A stretch of 64,000 nucleotides of DNA, taken from positions 1,922,001 to 1,986,000 of the forward strand of contig OZ361257.1 in NCBI GenBank assembly GCA_977018835.1, read 5' to 3'. The DNA comes from Minutocellus sp. GHC0000111 (lineage: Eukaryota). The notes under the pieces were generated by a model. The model was not told where the DNA came from. It saw only the letters and a program-made list of their open reading frames with translations, and searched no databases. The position numbers and the translations under genes were made by a program. Shown here one piece after another: positions 54,939 through 64,000 of this stretch. How positions within the stretch are numbered: the stretch's first letter is position 1; each line of letters begins with the position of its first letter.

Positions 54939-57575
54939 TTGAAAGCCCCGTCTGCCCTGGCGCTTGCGCTTGCCCTGTCCAGCGGCGTGCGCAGTCATTG
55001 CTCGTTGTTCGGCGTGGCTTCGGCATTCCAACCTCCCCTTCCTCCTCCTCCAGTTGCAGTCCAGTCGAGAAGCTTCTCTGCTATTCATCGCATTCATTTG
55101 CATCAAGAATCATCTGCCACTGTGACACATGCTGTGTCGAATTCTGGACGTGCTAATATCCGCCCCCTGGCAACCACGCATTCTCAGTTGCATTTCCAGC
55201 ATGCCAATAACAATTATCACAAGTGTACGACCGCCCTTTCGGCCACCAACAATCAGAACAATGATTCCGACAAGGACGACGATACCAATGCCAGCAGCGG
55301 ACCGCTGAGCAAAATCACCGCCCCAATTCGCACGGCCATCGCCGCCCTATTCGCTCTCCTTCCCAAGCCCGTCCAGGACTTTCTCACGAGCGTCTCGGCC
55401 AAGTTGGAATCCCTCTTCCCCACCCTTAAAGTCGCCTTCACGTCCTTCTTCGTAGGGACCGTCCTCGGCATTGGCATCATCCTCTACCCCGTTTACGAAG
55501 CCATTGAAAACACCCCCGAGCCGGTCATGCTGTTCGAAACCATCCTGTCGGATCTCGATAGAGGCTACGTCGACAAGGTCGATACCAGCAAATTGTTCGA
55601 GACGGGGATGAGCGCCATGCTCAAGAGTTTGGATCCCTACACGGAATTCGAGGGCAGGCAGGATACCGCCGAACTAAACGAACAGGTCAGCGGCCAATAC
55701 GGCGGTGTTGGCTTGGTTATCAGCGGACCTGCCGCCAAGGAGGGAAGGGCGGGATATTTGTCGCCATCAGAGGATGATGAGAAGGATGGACAACCACAAC
55801 AGCAACAGTCGGGCAGCAAGCTCCTACCCCAGGATGCCATCGATGACAACCTCCGTCTCAGCGACGGCAGTTCTTCTTCGTCTCCTGGCAACAATGTCGA
55901 TTTCGACGCATCTCAGGAGCCCATTGTTTACGAACAGTACATGCTGGACTCCCCTGACGATGACGAGGAAACGTTGGCCGAGAAGGCCGAACTGCGGAGA
56001 TCCGAGAAGCGAGCCCGTATCAACGGCGTCCGGGTCGTCAACGCCTTTGAGGGGTACGCCTACGACTACGGTATGCGAGTTGGGGACAAAATAATGGCCG
56101 TGGATGGTGTGCGATTGACGGACATCAGCACCTCCGACGATGTCCGGAACATGCTCCGTGGAGCCCCGGGAACGTTTGTGGATGTGTCGTTTTTGCGAGA
56201 TGGCGTCGAAGGGGAGACCACGGTTAGCATTCCCCGTATGGTCGTGCGGATCAACGACGTCAAGTTGGCCACGTTGTTGGGCAAGCCCGAGGATGGCATC
56301 GGATACATTCAGTTGAGTGGCTTCAATGCCAACGCCGGTAGGGAGGTCCGCAATGCCATTCTGGGATTGCAGCGCTTGACCGAGGATGCCACTGGAGGCG
56401 GCAAGAGCTTGCAGGGATTGGTGTTGGATCTGCGCAACAATCCCGGCGGGTTGCTGAATTCGGCAGTCGATGTGGCCAGTCTTCTCGTCCCTCCAGGATC
56501 CGACATTGTCAGTGCCAAAGGACGCGGCTTCCCAGGCGTGTTGTATCGTAGTTTGGAAGAACCCGTTCTCGGACCTCAAACGAAGCTGACCGTACTGATC
56601 AATGGTCAGACGGCGTCGGCTGCAGAAATTGTGTCTGGTGCGGTGCAGGATTTGGATGTCGGTGTCATTGTCGGTGCCGATCGTACCTTTGGCAAGGGGT
56701 TGGTCCAAAGCGTGGATACCCTGCCCTTTGGTAGTGCTCTCAAGTATACCGTGGCAAAATATTATACGCCATCTGGTCGGTGCATCCAGAGCACCAATTA
56801 TGCCGAGGGCGAAGGGCCCAATTCTGGAAACGGTGGGAAATATCGAGCCAGCAAGGTTGCCGACAAGGATAAGAAGACTTACCTTACCAAGAATGGCCGA
56901 GAGGTCAAGGATGGCGGCGGCGTGGCTGTGGATTTCAAGGTTGAAGCTCAAAAATCTTCCCCCCTCGAGTATACTCTGCTTCGTTCAGGCATGTTCTCCG
57001 ACTTTGCCAGTAAGTGGTCAAAAGAGAATCAGCTGACTAACGATTTGGATATTGTCACCGACAGCACCTACCAAAAATTCAAGCAGTTCGTAATGGAACG
57101 GCAAAAGGAGGGCGATATCCAGCTCGATGCGGTTTACTCTCGTCCCATTGATGATCTGAAAAAGTCTCTGCAACTGAGTGGATACAAGGGCACTACGAAA
57201 GAGCTCGAGCAACTGAGAGCTTCTCTACTAAAGGATATTGAGCGAGACTTTGACAAATACAAGAAGGAGATCAAGGAGGATATCGGACAGAATATTTTGG
57301 CCAGGTACCTGCCCGAGTCAATGCTTCTCGAGATTGGCGTCAAGCGCGACGCTCAGGTCCAAGCTGCCGTAGAGCTGATGCGCGATGAGAAGACATTCAA
57401 TACTTTGCTCGGCCGCGTCGGTGATTCGACTTCTAATGCCGTTGGCGGTAAAACCGCCATCAGAGATGGTCTCGGCACGGCGATCGCCTCAAGCGACAGT
57501 TTCATCGAGGGCGATACGCACTTCCAAATTGTTTTCCTGGGCGACAGGGATGTTCCTTCTCGAGCAAAGAATTAA
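54939..57575 (+). CDS. ctpA: S41A C-terminal processing protease (PDZ + catalytic Ser/Lys), plastid-type presequence; start codon unresolved
   Basis: LDPYT, GGVGL, DLRNNPGGLL, TASAAEIV, TFGKGLVQ, YYTPSGRCIQ; VASA-F motif; no in-frame ATG before the signal peptide. Confidence 0.85.
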   Translation: MKAPSALALALALSSGVRSHCSLFGVASAFQPPLPPPPVAVQSRSFSAIHRIHLHQESSATVTHAVSNSGRANIRPLATTHSQLHFQHANNNYHKCTTALSATNNQNNDSDKDDDTNASSGPLSKITAPIRTAIAALFALLPKPVQDFLTSVSAKLESLFPTLKVAFTSFFVGTVLGIGIILYPVYEAIENTPEPVMLFETILSDLDRGYVDKVDTSKLFETGMSAMLKSLDPYTEFEGRQDTAELNEQVSGQYGGVGLVISGPAAKEGRAGYLSPSEDDEKDGQPQQQQSGSKLLPQDAIDDNLRLSDGSSSSSPGNNVDFDASQEPIVYEQYMLDSPDDDEETLAEKAELRRSEKRARINGVRVVNAFEGYAYDYGMRVGDKIMAVDGVRLTDISTSDDVRNMLRGAPGTFVDVSFLRDGVEGETTVSIPRMVVRINDVKLATLLGKPEDGIGYIQLSGFNANAGREVRNAILGLQRLTEDATGGGKSLQGLVLDLRNNPGGLLNSAVDVASLLVPPGSDIVSAKGRGFPGVLYRSLEEPVLGPQTKLTVLINGQTASAAEIVSGAVQDLDVGVIVGADRTFGKGLVQSVDTLPFGSALKYTVAKYYTPSGRCIQSTNYAEGEGPNSGNGGKYRASKVADKDKKTYLTKNGREVKDGGGVAVDFKVEAQKSSPLEYTLLRSGMFSDFASKWSKENQLTNDLDIVTDSTYQKFKQFVMERQKEGDIQLDAVYSRPIDDLKKSLQLSGYKGTTKELEQLRASLLKDIERDFDKYKKEIKEDIGQNILARYLPESMLLEIGVKRDAQVQAAVELMRDEKTFNTLLGRVGDSTSNAVGGKTAIRDGLGTAIASSDSFIEGDTHFQIVFLGDRDVPSRAKN

Positions 57576-57704
57576 ATGACAATTCATTTGGACTGAAATA
57601 TGCACATACGCAAATCTACATTGAATCCTGCATTGTTTTGTATTAATACTTTAGTTGAGAACCACTTCCGTTTATTTTATTTCATTTGTTACTTACGGTT
57701 GTTT

Positions 57705-58907
57705 TTAGCTACTATCTTGCTCATCATCCTTGGACGGATCTCCCTTGGCCGCCAAAAACTTGGCCTCGACTTCCTCTGGGCTCAGCCGATAGACCTTGCT
57801 GCAGAAGTGGCATCGTGCCTCGATCTGTTCCTCCTTTTCGAGGATTTCATCCACCTCCGATCGAGGGAGTAAACGCAAGGCCCGAAAAAGTCTTTCTTCG
57901 GTGCATTGGCATTTGGCCACAGGTTCGATGGACTGGAGGGGCTCCATGTCGAGTCCATCCAGAATAATTTCACAAATTTCATAAGGCGAGGTACCATGCA
58001 GCAGCAGGTTGGTGGGCAACGTATCACCACCATCCTTCTCAACCAACGTGGCCAAATTTTCCTCAACCTTGGCCATGGTCTCTTCGTCACAGTCGGGCAA
58101 CTTTTCTACCAGATATCCACCGGCAGCCTTGCACAGAATGCCCTCCACGGACGTACCGGCCGCCAAAGCGCAGGATCGCTGCTCACTCTCGGCCAGGTAG
58201 GCGCCGACGTCGCGATCAATGTCGGAATGACGAATGGCCGCAATTCCATTATACGGCGTGGGCCACGAGGGATGATTCTTGACGACCTTGATGACACCCT
58301 TGCCCACGGCCTCCTGCAGGGGCATTTCACCAATGCCAGGATTGCCAACATATCCACGGACCTCACCTCTACCGGAACTGATGGCCACAATGCCCCGAAG
58401 AGGACCATCGCCATCGACCGTCAGCTGAAACACCTGCTCGTCTTGCATACCGTTGGAAACGAGGACGCTGCACGCCACAGCACGGCCAAGTGCATCGATG
58501 GGAACGGGCGTGAGGTTGTGCATGATCATCATGTCGTTGACCATATTCCGGACGGTGCAAGCCGTCACTTTGATCCCACCGTCGCCGGAAATGCAGGAAA
58601 CAACCTGATCATTAATGTTGTTCTTGTTCTCAAAGGTCGACGAGGAGGTCGTGGTCGTGGCCGAGGAGGCCGCCGATTCAGCGTCCGAATCTTCCGAGGT
58701 CATTTGCAATTTGCCGCTTCTGTGAGTCTCTGGCCGGAGAAGAAAAGTTGCTCGGCCCATGAGAGAAGATGTGCTGGCAGCAGTATTGCCGGACGACAAT
58801 CGCATTTGATACCGCGGACCATCACGTGTCGCTTGTGTCGTAAAGGCGAGGGCACATCGAAAGAGAACCATGTTGGCAAGCAGTATGGCTGATGAGGAAA
58901 GCTTCAT
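57705..58907 (-). CDS. hslO: Hsp33 redox-regulated chaperone, plastid-targeted
   Basis: GDGPLRG, YLAESEQ, AGGYLV, CQC and CHFC zinc motif; signal ending ALA-F. Confidence 0.92.
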   Translation of the reverse strand: MKLSSSAILLANMVLFRCALAFTTQATRDGPRYQMRLSSGNTAASTSSLMGRATFLLRPETHRSGKLQMTSEDSDAESAASSATTTTSSSTFENKNNINDQVVSCISGDGGIKVTACTVRNMVNDMMIMHNLTPVPIDALGRAVACSVLVSNGMQDEQVFQLTVDGDGPLRGIVAISSGRGEVRGYVGNPGIGEMPLQEAVGKGVIKVVKNHPSWPTPYNGIAAIRHSDIDRDVGAYLAESEQRSCALAAGTSVEGILCKAAGGYLVEKLPDCDEETMAKVEENLATLVEKDGGDTLPTNLLLHGTSPYEICEIILDGLDMEPLQSIEPVAKCQCTEERLFRALRLLPRSEVDEILEKEEQIEARCHFCSKVYRLSPEEVEAKFLAAKGDPSKDDEQDSS

Positions 58908-59235
58908 TGCTTTGAATGCCTATGAAAGAATGCTGGCCGAGGATAGGTTAGGGATGGCGCGCAGGCAGGGAGCAGAAATGAACAGGAGCCTCAGCCGCCG
59001 CAACATGAGCAACTTCCTGCGTCATCGTCAGTGGTGGTCTGCAGTTCGGCGAACTTTTCCTCGGCGAGGTTTTTCCAACGTCTGTCCGCCATCAGCCTGA
59101 TATGTTCGCTCAGGCCGCCAGATAAGAGAAATGGGCGGGATGATACCATGGATACCAGGGCAGAGCAAGATGAGTTTCAACCCAAACATGAACAGCTCTC
59201 TGTCTAATCGTGGTAGAGGTCAGGCATCTTGTCGC

Positions 59236-60423
59236 ATGTGTTCGTTTGTGCTGCATCTGCTCGTGCTGGCACTCCACGAATGTTCCGGTTTTGCACCACC
59301 TCAAGAATGTGCCCATCATTTTCGGCATTCGTCATTCTCATCAACGCAAACGACGAGAAAAGATATATTGTCGAATGCCAAAGCATTCCATATCAACAAG
59401 GATTCATTTGCCCGGTTTCATGCGGCGACTGAGTCAGCCACTGCGGAAACCTTATCCTCTGCGCAGAAATCGCTCGCTGCCGATCAGGGGACATCGGGGA
59501 AGATGTTGTCAAAACGAGAGCAGAACTGGTGGAAGCTATTTGGCGAGCTTGACGAATACAAACGAGATCATGGAGACTGCAACGTGTCGTTTACATACTA
59601 CCCGAACCCCAAGCTAGGCAGGTGGGTATCAAATCATCGACAGGCATACAAAAGGAAAGATCTCAGCGACGAGCGAATCGAGGCCCTGGAGAGCATAGGA
59701 TTTGAATGGACGAGACCTGCCGGGACACGAAATGATGACAAGTGGTTGAACAGATTAGCAGAGCTAAACGAATACAAGCAAGAATATGGCAACACCCTGG
59801 TCCCGTCGACATTGATTAGGGACGACGGCAACAAATATCGAGAGCTTGCAATGTGGGTTGTTGAACAACGCACCCAATATCGTTTGCTCAAAGAAGGGAA
59901 GCATTCACGTCTTTCAGATGATCGAATCAGCAAGCTCAACGAGATCGGCTTTATTTGGAGTGCCCAAGAAGCTATATGGGAAGAAAGTTTCGCCGACCTG
60001 GTTGAGTTCAAAGCAACTCATGGCCACACAGACGTTCCAAAGTTCTGGCATAATAGCAATCTTTACAACTTCGTTCGTAACCAAAGGGAGGTTTACAGAC
60101 AATTTAAGGCAGGAAAAATAACCCATATTACCGAAGAAAGGATACGAAGACTCGAGGACCTTGGATTTGAATCAAGATCGAGGAAGCAATATCAATGGAA
60201 AATGAATTTTGGCGAACTGTGTGATTTTTACAACAAGAATGGCGTCGTTCCCATCCCACAAGCGAAACACATGGTACTGTACAGATGGACATATAACCAA
60301 AAGAAGGAGTATGATAAGTTTGTCAAAGGGGAGAAAACGAATATGGACGAAGAGAGAATAAGAGATCTCGAGAGCATCGGCTTTTTCGAAGTTTATGGAA
60401 AAGATCAAATAAAGAAATCGTAA
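59236..60423 (+). CDS. Protein with four helicase-associated (HA) repeats, probable plastid presequence
   Basis: Four W...L..YK..HG...VP...L..WV..QR......L...RI..L..IGF.W units; MCSFVLHLLVLALHECSG-FAP signal from ATG 59236. Confidence 0.85.
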   Translation: MCSFVLHLLVLALHECSGFAPPQECAHHFRHSSFSSTQTTRKDILSNAKAFHINKDSFARFHAATESATAETLSSAQKSLAADQGTSGKMLSKREQNWWKLFGELDEYKRDHGDCNVSFTYYPNPKLGRWVSNHRQAYKRKDLSDERIEALESIGFEWTRPAGTRNDDKWLNRLAELNEYKQEYGNTLVPSTLIRDDGNKYRELAMWVVEQRTQYRLLKEGKHSRLSDDRISKLNEIGFIWSAQEAIWEESFADLVEFKATHGHTDVPKFWHNSNLYNFVRNQREVYRQFKAGKITHITEERIRRLEDLGFESRSRKQYQWKMNFGELCDFYNKNGVVPIPQAKHMVLYRWTYNQKKEYDKFVKGEKTNMDEERIRDLESIGFFEVYGKDQIKKS

Positions 60424-60487
60424 TTCGGTTGTTTTCAGTTGGCTCTATGTTCTATTCAGTTATGTGAACGTGCCAGCTCGGTACAAA

Positions 60488-61894
60488 TCAAAAGTGGTTT
60501 CCTTTTCGCCTACTTCCTTCCGCAGCCATGGTCTGCTCAATCTTGGTAAGAAGAGCACGGGCCATGAACTGCTGCTTTGCCAACCTCCTAACGGTCTTCA
60601 AATGGACATCGAGGGGTATGGTTCCCTTGACAAGAGCCCGATCCAAAAAGTACAGCACATCCGATATGGCATGGTTCTTGGCATCCAACTCCAGCATCTG
60701 TCTCGATCGGACGGACGAGGGTTGGCATAAATCATCCACCGGTATTTCCACGTTGCTTTCCATCGATTGCAAAAACGATTGAATGTCGGCCGTCGCTGCG
60801 TCCATGGCAATGTGCGATCTTTCGAGGGCATCCTTCCTCCTTCGCAGGTCCAAAATTTCCTCCCGCACGTCGTCCGATCCACGTTCCAGCTTGGTTTGCT
60901 TTCTTAAATCGTCCGATATCACCTCCCGCGCTCCGCTATAGAACTGACTGAGCCGTCCCTGCAGCTTGGACGTGAGCTTGCTCCGCAATTCGTGCATCTG
61001 CTCCTCCTTGACCCATGCCTGCCGTTCCACCTCGGCAGCCTCGCTGAGCCGCCGTGCCTCCTTGAGCCGCTCCTCCTCCTCTTCCTTCCGCTTGGCCTCG
61101 GCCAGCTCGGCCTCGATGCGGCTGCATTCCAGTGCCCGGCGGATGTCGGAGTCGTCGTTGCTGTTCTCTCTCTGACCGTATCCGTTGCTAGCATTGGAGT
61201 TGGCGTTGGCGTTGCCTGTGGTCGGTGGGGTGTTGCCCGCCGATATGGAGTCATAACTTGGCGGTGTGGCGGCTCCGCCACCACCACTGCCACCATTCTG
61301 CTGATTGGCATGTGGATTGAACACCCCCTGCATAAAGGTGTTGGCCATGTTGGTCGCCGCGGCCGCCAACTGATCCCGACGCCTCCCACCACTGCTATTA
61401 CCGCCACTGCCATTGCTATTGCTGCTGCTCCCGTCGGGCGGTTTGGCATAGCACGGCGGCTCGGCCCCGAACAAACTGCTCAGACACACGGCCATCTCTA
61501 CCAACGAATGCGTCGGCGCCCTCCACTCCGACAGGTAGGGCATGTACACGTTGCCGTCGGACCCGACGTGCTGGTGGTTGGGCTTGATCATCATCCCGGG
61601 CGTCGGCCGTACAAAGATGACGGGCGGCCGGTGCGAATACTGCGGCGGCAGGTACGTGTCGACGGGGATGTTGTACGTGGCGCCCTTGTAGGACATGGCA
61701 ATCGTGCCGCTGAATACCAGGACGGGCGGGGTGGAGTCGCCATTGGTGTACACCAGGGGGGACGTCGTGGGGCGCAGATGCGCCCCGAGCGGGGAGCGGA
61801 GGAGCCGAACTCCGTCGCGGCTTACCCGCGGTGGATCGTTGTACACCGCGCCGAGACGGGCCAAGGCCGCTGTTATGGAGCTCTCGGCGTCCAT
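60488..61894 (-). CDS. VPS23: ESCRT-I subunit Vps23/TSG101
   Basis: UEV domain (GTIAMSYKGATYNIPV, PPVIFVRPT, HVGSDG.VYMPYLSEW), coiled coil, Steadiness box (AISDVLYFLDRAL..LKTVRRLAKQQF). Confidence 0.93.
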   Translation of the reverse strand: MDAESSITAALARLGAVYNDPPRVSRDGVRLLRSPLGAHLRPTTSPLVYTNGDSTPPVLVFSGTIAMSYKGATYNIPVDTYLPPQYSHRPPVIFVRPTPGMMIKPNHQHVGSDGNVYMPYLSEWRAPTHSLVEMAVCLSSLFGAEPPCYAKPPDGSSSNSNGSGGNSSGGRRRDQLAAAATNMANTFMQGVFNPHANQQNGGSGGGGAATPPSYDSISAGNTPPTTGNANANSNASNGYGQRENSNDDSDIRRALECSRIEAELAEAKRKEEEEERLKEARRLSEAAEVERQAWVKEEQMHELRSKLTSKLQGRLSQFYSGAREVISDDLRKQTKLERGSDDVREEILDLRRRKDALERSHIAMDAATADIQSFLQSMESNVEIPVDDLCQPSSVRSRQMLELDAKNHAISDVLYFLDRALVKGTIPLDVHLKTVRRLAKQQFMARALLTKIEQTMAAEGSRRKGNHF

Positions 61895-64000
61895 GTTCTG
61901 TTGATTGTGTTGCTTTGCTGGTAAAGTGTGTCGTTTCAGTTCAGTTTGCTTCTTAGCTTTGATTTGGTTTTTGACCTTCAACGCAGTCAGTACCGGAAGT
62001 TGAAAAGGTCACTATTCTCGAAACCGGCACGTCTTTTCAGAGTAACCGGCACAAGATGTGTCAAAAGCACTCCAACGCTTGGAATCCTGGCAAAGATTCA
62101 CCAAAACACAACCAATCAAAGCCTCTGGGTGTGTATTTGCAGTGTCTTGACGTCGCCAACTTCAGCAGCAGTGACTTCGGTGCGGAATTCCTTTGTATTG
62201 ATTGTTCAGTCCTGTTTCTTCTCTCTCCGAACTTGAAGGATAGAAAAAAGCCAAGCTGAAAGCCGAGCGGGGACTTCCCAGCGAATTCGATAAACAAGTC
62301 AAAAGAGCCCCGATGCGAGGGACAATGCGAGTGGATGCGATACTGGCTTCCAGCAATCGAAGCAGCAGCGGTTTCTCGGTCAATTGCAGCACATGTTATG
62401 CCATCTTATGGATCGACCGGAAGAGTTTGATACCCCGTTTTGAGGTCATATTCGAAACACGTTAAATGGGCCCGGGAGTTGGAGAAGCCGATGTTTCTTT
62501 CTGTTGTCATTTTGCACAAACAGAAACGACGGTGTCTTAGTTCAGCTGCCCGAGACAAGCAGCGCGTTGAGCGTTGATGCTGCACAAAGTGCAGCATGCT
62601 TGGCTCAGCAGTGTCGTAGATGAAACAATCCAAGATCGCTACAAGATCGCCGATCCAAGGCGGAGTCGGTCTTGGATCAGCACAATCGTCTCGTCTTACT
62701 CGCGCACACACAAATGATTTTTTTTTAGTTTGTGTGTCAACTTTGCAAAGCCAACTCTTTGCACTGCTAGACAAGCAGGAATCTAAGAATCGACTAGTAA
62801 CAGTCAGATCATCTCTCTTCGTTTACTTTATTCTCTTTACGGTTTGTCGTCTGCGACATGTCAACGTTCATTCATTCCACACACACGGGGAAGAAGAAGG
62901 TGTGCGTCCTTTTCACATCTCTTTGTGTCTTCGACATCGATTTTCGCCGTCCTCGTGGATTTTGTCTCACGAGTTTGACGTCCTACCAAGGACCCTAATC
63001 TCGTGCGGAAGTCGCCGCACTTTTGCTCCGGGTGGCCTCTTCACCTCGCTCCGTCTTCCGCTGAGGGCCGATTTAGCCGTGTGATCCCATCGTGCCGCAG
63101 CAGGAAAAACAAGTAAAAACACAGCCCTGAATATTCAAATGATAGGTAACTTTTCTAATAGGGTTATGTGTTGTTTGAGGGTTATAGTAACACAGAAACA
63201 AATAGCACCAAGTGCCGAAGAAATTCTGCGTAAAAGACACAGAGGCCGCACGGGAAATCTGCAACAAAAAATCACCGCACGACGCACCATGCATGACGAG
63301 GCAGCCAGATTGTCCCCCCTGGTGCCGCGCAAAATCACAACCAAAACCATCATGCGCGGGGCACCACTCGTCATAAAATTAGATCTCGGCGCACACAGCG
63401 TGCTCGACCATGGCATTATTTGAGGATTTGCAAGGACGAAAAAGGCATTAGCTATCAGTGCAGACAGACTAGAGATGCTGCAATCGCATCAAACTACCTC
63501 CAGATGGCACGAAAAGATTTGCACAGCGAAAAAACGAGTTCCTAGAGCGAGAAATGTGGGACTCATGCGAAAGAGGGAGATTGTCGGCCGACCTTTACTT
63601 TCAACTGACCGCATCTGGTCGGCGCCTAGCAGCACAATCTTTGGTACCAACGCGCCCGTCCGAGAAAAGAAGAAAGACCACAGCCAGCAACACTGTCGAA
63701 GCATTATCGATGGGCCTCAGTGCTCGTAGATAAATATAGTACATGTAAATCCCGCAATATCATTGCGTGTGTTTGTATTAATCATTATCGATACTACCTA
63801 ATGTATGTAGATCCCTGAAACCATTGGTTATCCATGTTGTTGGGGATGTGATTCGTCGGTCAATCATCTCTCTGTTCGTTTTGTTTTAATTTGTTCCGTT
63901 CAGGATGTTGTTTCCGATTTATTCATTCCTCTGTTGTAATTGTTGAAAATCATTGCTTTGATGTATTTGTTTCTTTGGTTTGCGATTCGAGGCCAAGAAA

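Noticed and set aside
62100..64000. 1.9-kb region with only short ORFs
   Set aside because: No family motif, TIR pair or repeat recognised; may be intergenic or the edge of a feature outside the window.

Overview
Gene-dense eukaryotic nuclear DNA, almost certainly from a diatom. The evidence is short GT-AG introns, many bipartite plastid presequences with ASAF-type cleavage motifs, and diatom-typical families (helicase-associated repeats, MYND, kinase-cNMP-EF-hand). About 30 protein genes are present. Well-supported ones are eIF2-gamma, TRM11, a DUS1-like enzyme, RPL11, UDP-glucose dehydrogenase, VPS23/TSG101, Hsp33, an S41 C-terminal protease, a TauE/SafE transporter, a gamma-carbonic-anhydrase-like protein ending in SKL, and an NYN-SAP RNase-like protein. 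Signals not explained by the ORF track: (i) a 1499-bp non-autonomous TIR element (11302-12800) with GAG..CTC ends, a 4-bp TAGA target duplication (Sola-like) and an internal 29-bp hairpin; (ii) a 310-bp MITE-like element full of TTCCG(N)CGGAA palindromes; (iii) a 186-bp tandem array whose units each carry a hypervariable 24-27 nt cassette; (iv) an exact 21-bp sequence shared by two loci 27.8 kb apart; (v) several genes (three transporters, a MYND gene, possibly ctpA) with nonsense codons, micro-duplications or insertions, while core housekeeping genes are intact. No rRNA, tRNA or CRISPR was recognised. All family assignments come from reading motifs by eye; no database search was run.
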